A stretch of 64,000 nt of DNA from the sequence record NC_047713.1; one strand, 5' to 3'. The notes below the pieces were generated by a model. It made no database searches and was not told the origin of the DNA. It saw nothing but the letters and a program-made list of their open reading frames with translations. A program made the position numbers and the translations under genes. Shown here piece after piece: positions 60,383 through 64,000 of this stretch. Position 1 is the first letter of the stretch; the number at the start of each line of letters is the position of its first letter.

Positions 60383-61546
60383 ATTGGGTATCTGATCGGT
60401 GGAGCTGGTGAAGGACCTGATGAGGAGATCATTCAGTCGGATAGTGACTATTCTAAACTATCTGATAAACAACTGATCTACCTGCGTGGGCAAACTATTA
60501 AAGATATTGCGAAGTATCATAACTTCCAGCAAGTGAGAAAGATTACTCTAAACTCCGCTTATGGTGCTTTGGGTAACCAATACTTCAGATACTACAAACT
60601 GGCGAACGCAGAGGCAGTGACCTTCTCTGGTCAGTTGAGTATCCGTTGGATTGAGAATAAGATGAATGGATTCATCAATGAGATTTTAAAAACAGAGGGT
60701 AAGGATTATGTGATCGCCTCTGATACTGACTCTATCTACATTAACTTTGGTGATGTGGTGGATAAGTTCCTGAAGAAGTTTGATGGTGATAAAGAGAAGA
60801 CTGTATCAATGGTAGACAAGATCTGTAAGGATCAACTAGAACCATTCATTGATAAGTGTTATGCTCATTTGGGTGAGTATGTGAATGCATACGAACAGAA
60901 GATGCAGATGAAGAGAGAGAATATTGCTGATCGTGGTATCTGGACAGCGAAGAAGAGATATATCCTGAATGTATGGGATAGTGAGGGTGTTCGTTATGAG
61001 GAACCCAAACTGAAGATGATGGGTATCGAAGCAGTTAAGTCCTCTACACCTGCTCCCTGTAGAACTATGATTAAGGATGCTCTCCGTATTATCATTGAGA
61101 AATCTGAGGATGAGGTGATTGATTATATTGAGGATTGTAGGAGGAAGTTTAATAAGATGAAACCAGAGGAGATTGCGTTTCCTCGTTCCGTTAGTGATAT
61201 GATCAAGTTTCGTTCTGGAACAACAATATATGCTAAGAGTACTCCTATGCATGTGAGGGGAGCGTTACTATTCAATCATCACATTAAGAAGGGTGGGTTG
61301 GAGAATAAGTATTCTCTCATCAATAGTGGTGAGAAGATCAAGTTCTGTTACCTCAAGATTCCTAATCTAATTGGTGAGAATGTTATCTCATTCATCTCTG
61401 ATTTCCCTAGGGAACTTAAGTTGGAGAAGTATGTTGATTATGATACCCAATTCAATAAAGCATTCCTAGATCCACTTAAGATCATCTTGGATGCTATTGG
61501 TTGGAACTGTGAGAAGCAGATGTCCTTGGAGTCATTTTTCACCTGA
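60383..61546 (+). CDS. gp43B: DNA polymerase gp43, C-terminal half (second fingers helix, palm motifs B/C, thumb); probable ATT start
   Basis: Motif B QQVRKITLNSAYG, motif C ASDTDSIY, KKRY, KMMGIE. The frame is open from 60356 and the first canonical start (GTG 60533) lies inside motif B's helix. A GAGGT RBS at 60374-78 precedes ATT 60383. The gene call is high confidence; the start is moderate. Confidence 0.85.
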   Translation: MGYLIGGAGEGPDEEIIQSDSDYSKLSDKQLIYLRGQTIKDIAKYHNFQQVRKITLNSAYGALGNQYFRYYKLANAEAVTFSGQLSIRWIENKMNGFINEILKTEGKDYVIASDTDSIYINFGDVVDKFLKKFDGDKEKTVSMVDKICKDQLEPFIDKCYAHLGEYVNAYEQKMQMKRENIADRGIWTAKKRYILNVWDSEGVRYEEPKLKMMGIEAVKSSTPAPCRTMIKDALRIIIEKSEDEVIDYIEDCRRKFNKMKPEEIAFPRSVSDMIKFRSGTTIYAKSTPMHVRGALLFNHHIKKGGLENKYSLINSGEKIKFCYLKIPNLIGENVISFISDFPRELKLEKYVDYDTQFNKAFLDPLKIILDAIGWNCEKQMSLESFFT

Positions 61547-61574
61547 TATATAAAACCCCCAGAGGAGATCACCA

Positions 61575-61733
61575 ATGGAAAAACAAAATCTAGCGATGGA
61601 TCTATTCATCGAGTCTGTAATAAAACCAGACAGTGACCTTAGGGGTCAAGCATCAGAACAGGGTTGTCTAGAAGAACTATTGCAAATCCGTGATGATGTG
61701 ATAAAATATCTTTATAACGAGAGGAAAAACTAG
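61575..61733 (+). CDS. Small hypothetical protein (52 aa; not in the ORF track)
   Basis: MEKQNLAMDLFIESVIKPDSDLRGQASEQGCLEELLQIRDDVIKYLYNERKN, with a GAGGAG RBS upstream. Confidence 0.7.
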   Translation: MEKQNLAMDLFIESVIKPDSDLRGQASEQGCLEELLQIRDDVIKYLYNERKN

Positions 61734-61736
61734 TTT

Positions 61737-61970
61737 ATGGCGTTATCCCAATCAGTGGAGAATTCCCTCAGGGAGGCAAGTTCGTCCCTGAGGAATGCTC
61801 TAGCTTTTGCTGCCAGACAGGAGAGATCACATACCTGTCAGCATATTGCTAAAGTATTAAACGATATTGATCTTATTCAGAGAACGGATGAGATGTTTGA
61901 TACCCTTGATAGTATCAAGGATGGTAAGGGTGGTAGCAACCCATTTGGTAAATTTGGTTTTGATGAATAA
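61737..61970 (+). CDS. Small helical hypothetical protein (77 aa)
   Basis: MALSQSV..SL.EA..SLRNALAFAARQER; TAATG-coupled to uvsX. Confidence 0.75.
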   Translation: MALSQSVENSLREASSSLRNALAFAARQERSHTCQHIAKVLNDIDLIQRTDEMFDTLDSIKDGKGGSNPFGKFGFDE

Positions 61971-62977
61971 TGGATTTCTTAAAGGATATTGTAAATGAAA
62001 TTGGTGGCGACTTCACTCAGATTGCCTCAGAGATTGAAGAAAACGAAACATACGTGGACACTGGTTCGTTCATCTTTAATGCTCTTGTATCTGGGTCTAT
62101 CTATGGTGGTGTATCTGGTAACAAGATTACTGCAATTGCTGGGGAAAGTTCTACTGGAAAGACTTTCTTCTCACTCGCCGTGGTCAAGAACTTCTTGGAT
62201 ACTAATCCCGATGCATATTGCCTTTATTTTGATACTGAAGCTGCAATCAATAGAAGCCTTCTTGAGTCACGAGGTATTGACCTTAAGCGGTTGGTTGTCG
62301 TCAATGTCGTTACAGTAGAAGAGTTTAGGATGAAGGCACTTAAGTGTGTCGATATCTACCAGAAGAAACCAGAAGACGAACGCAAACCTTGTATGTTTGT
62401 CCTAGATTCTCTGGGTATGTTGTCTACAGAGAAAGAGATCAATGATGCTCTGAATGACAAGAACGTTCGTGATATGACTAAATCACAACTCATCAAAGGG
62501 GCTTTCAGGATGTTGACCTTGAAACTAGGTCAGGCTAAGATCCCAATGATTGTTACTAACCACACCTATGATGTGATTGGTGCCTATGTTCCTACTAAGG
62601 AAATGGGTGGTGGTTCAGGTCTTAAGTATGCCGCTTCTACTATTATTCACCTCACTAAGAAGAAAGAGAAAGATGGTAAGGATGTTATTGGTAACATTAT
62701 CAAGTGTAAGACCGCTAAGTCCAGACTCTCCAAAGAGAATACAGACGTAGGTGTTAGACTATTCTATGATGAACGGGGTTTGGATAAGTACTATGGTCTC
62801 CTAGAACTTGGTGAGCTTGGTGGTATGTGGAAGAATGTAGCTGGTCGTTATGACTTGGGTGATGGTAAGAAGATCTACGCTAAAGAGATACTAAAGGATC
62901 CAGAGAAGTACTTCACCGAAGAAGTTATGGAGAAACTAGATGTTGTTGCTAGGGGAACATTCTCATATGGGTCATAA
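61970..62977 (+). CDS. uvsX: RecA-like recombinase UvsX
   Basis: DTGSFIFNAL.SGSI.GG, Walker A AGESSTGKT, FVLDSLGML, VTNHTY, MGGGSGLKYAAS, KSRLSKEN. Confidence 0.96.
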   Translation: MDFLKDIVNEIGGDFTQIASEIEENETYVDTGSFIFNALVSGSIYGGVSGNKITAIAGESSTGKTFFSLAVVKNFLDTNPDAYCLYFDTEAAINRSLLESRGIDLKRLVVVNVVTVEEFRMKALKCVDIYQKKPEDERKPCMFVLDSLGMLSTEKEINDALNDKNVRDMTKSQLIKGAFRMLTLKLGQAKIPMIVTNHTYDVIGAYVPTKEMGGGSGLKYAASTIIHLTKKKEKDGKDVIGNIIKCKTAKSRLSKENTDVGVRLFYDERGLDKYYGLLELGELGGMWKNVAGRYDLGDGKKIYAKEILKDPEKYFTEEVMEKLDVVARGTFSYGS

Positions 62978-62982
62978 ACAAT

Positions 62983-63513
62983 ATGAGTGAGTATATCAAA
63001 CACTATAGGGGAGTTCTAACAGATACATCTTGTGATGTTCTGATAGATGCTCTTCTGAGTGTAGATAGAAAGCATATAAAGGAACATCGAACAGATCGTA
63101 AAACATTTGATCAGGTGTTTCTTAATGCTGCAAATATGGATCTGATTCCAGGTATTACTAAAATAGTTGGTAATGTAATCAAACAATACAAGATGGATGT
63201 TCCATACTTCACACAGTTCTTTCCCAAGGGACTGGAGATTGAAACACCAAAGGTCAAAGGTTACAGTCCTGGAGGACAATTCAAACCACATTGTGATGTG
63301 GATGCTACTTCCTGTCCAAGGTATCTTGCCTTTCTATTTTATCTTAATGATAATTTTACAGGTGGACAAACAGAGTTCTTACCTGGTATAATGGTGGAAC
63401 CTGTGAAAGGTTCAGTGGTGGTATTTCCACCCAACTGGCAACACCCTCATTGTGGATTACCAGTGGAGACTGGTAACAAATATATTATGTCAACTTATCT
63501 AAGATACGTTTAA
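62983..63513 (+). CDS. 2OG-Fe(II) oxygenase
   Basis: F.PHCD (HxD), RYLAFLFYLND.F.GG.TEF, G.VVVFPP.W.HPH.G, KYIMSTY. Confidence 0.9.
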   Translation: MSEYIKHYRGVLTDTSCDVLIDALLSVDRKHIKEHRTDRKTFDQVFLNAANMDLIPGITKIVGNVIKQYKMDVPYFTQFFPKGLEIETPKVKGYSPGGQFKPHCDVDATSCPRYLAFLFYLNDNFTGGQTEFLPGIMVEPVKGSVVVFPPNWQHPHCGLPVETGNKYIMSTYLRYV

Positions 63514-64000
63514 TGGATCGAATTGAGAATTTAATACTAAGATCACTCTCACATAGTGAAGGGTTTTCTAGGAAGGTTATCCCCTTCATCAAACCAGATT
63601 ATTTCCATGATAATGCTGAGAAAGTTCTCTTCGAAGAAATCGCACAATACATTGTCAAGTACAACTCCAATGTTACTGTACAGGCTCTAAGTATTGAGGT
63701 GGAACAGAGAACCGATTTATCTGATAGTGATGTCAAAACTATTAGAACCATCCTAGATGACTTTGATGCAGTCACAGGAACTGATGAGTGGATGATTGAT
63801 TCCACTGAGAAGTGGTGTAAGAAACAAGCAATCTACAACGCTCTTATGGAGTCTGTGAGTATTGCTAATGGAGATAGTCAGACTAAGGCTGAAGACGCTA
63901 TTCCTAGTATCCTCTCAGAGGCTCTGGGTGTATCCTTTGATAGTAATGTAGGTCACGACTATATCGAGAATGCAGAGGATAGGTGGGAGTACTATCACCA
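63513..64000 (+). CDS. gp41: Replicative helicase gp41 (3'-truncated)
   Basis: MDRIE..IL.SL...E.F.RKVIPFIK.DYF, TEKWC...AIY.ALMES..IA.G, IPSIL.EAL.VSFD..VGHDY. Runs off the window. Confidence 0.92.
   Translation, partial: MDRIENLILRSLSHSEGFSRKVIPFIKPDYFHDNAEKVLFEEIAQYIVKYNSNVTVQALSIEVEQRTDLSDSDVKTIRTILDDFDAVTGTDEWMIDSTEKWCKKQAIYNALMESVSIANGDSQTKAEDAIPSILSEALGVSFDSNVGHDYIENAEDRWEYYH

Noticed and set aside
60000-60385. T4 gene 60-style ribosomal hop joining gp43A and gp43B
   Set aside because: The take-off codon would be TTA, but there is no in-frame TTA landing codon in 60356-60382 (the TTA triplets at 60378 and 60381 are out of frame), and the gap of about 375 nt is far longer than the known 50-nt hop.
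1-64000. tRNA, rRNA or CRISPR arrays
   Set aside because: Intergenic gaps are short and I found no cloverleaf (T-loop GTTCRA with acceptor stem) or repeat-spacer pattern by eye; tRNAscan-SE would confirm.

Overview
This window is a contiguous piece of a T4-like marine cyanomyovirus genome (Kyanoviridae-type; host probably Synechococcus, by inference). Essentially every real gene is on the + strand. The first part, 1-42.5 kb, is the virion module: a 5'-truncated giant baseplate wedge protein (gp7-like), gp8, a 2406-aa VrlC-like protein, neck gp13/gp14, gp15, terminase gp16/gp17 with an accessory island between them, tail gp18/gp19, portal gp20, protease gp21, scaffold gp22, major capsid gp23 and gp3. 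The second part, 42.5-64 kb, is the replication/recombination module: uvsY, uvsW, gp55, gp47/gp46, two 2OG-Fe(II) oxygenases, a metallopeptidase-vWA plus MoxR/CobS-like AAA pair, gp45, gp44/gp62, regA, hsp20, gp43, uvsX and a 3'-truncated gp41. Notable oddities: (1) the DNA polymerase is split in the fingers domain by two micro-ORFs, and its C-terminal half seems to need a non-AUG (ATT) start; (2) an 839-aa basic modular protein looks like a protease-processed polyprotein; (3) there is a hydrophobic Cys-flanked helical protein resembling a pore-forming toxin; (4) a free-standing single-motif LAGLIDADG ORF follows gp23 with its own promoter built into the terminator; (5) there is an outer-membrane beta-barrel gene, several micro-ORFs missed by the ORF track, a Cys-less glutaredoxin fold and four Sm-like paralogues. 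I saw no tRNA, rRNA or CRISPR array. All calls come from motif recognition and synteny only; no database searches were run.
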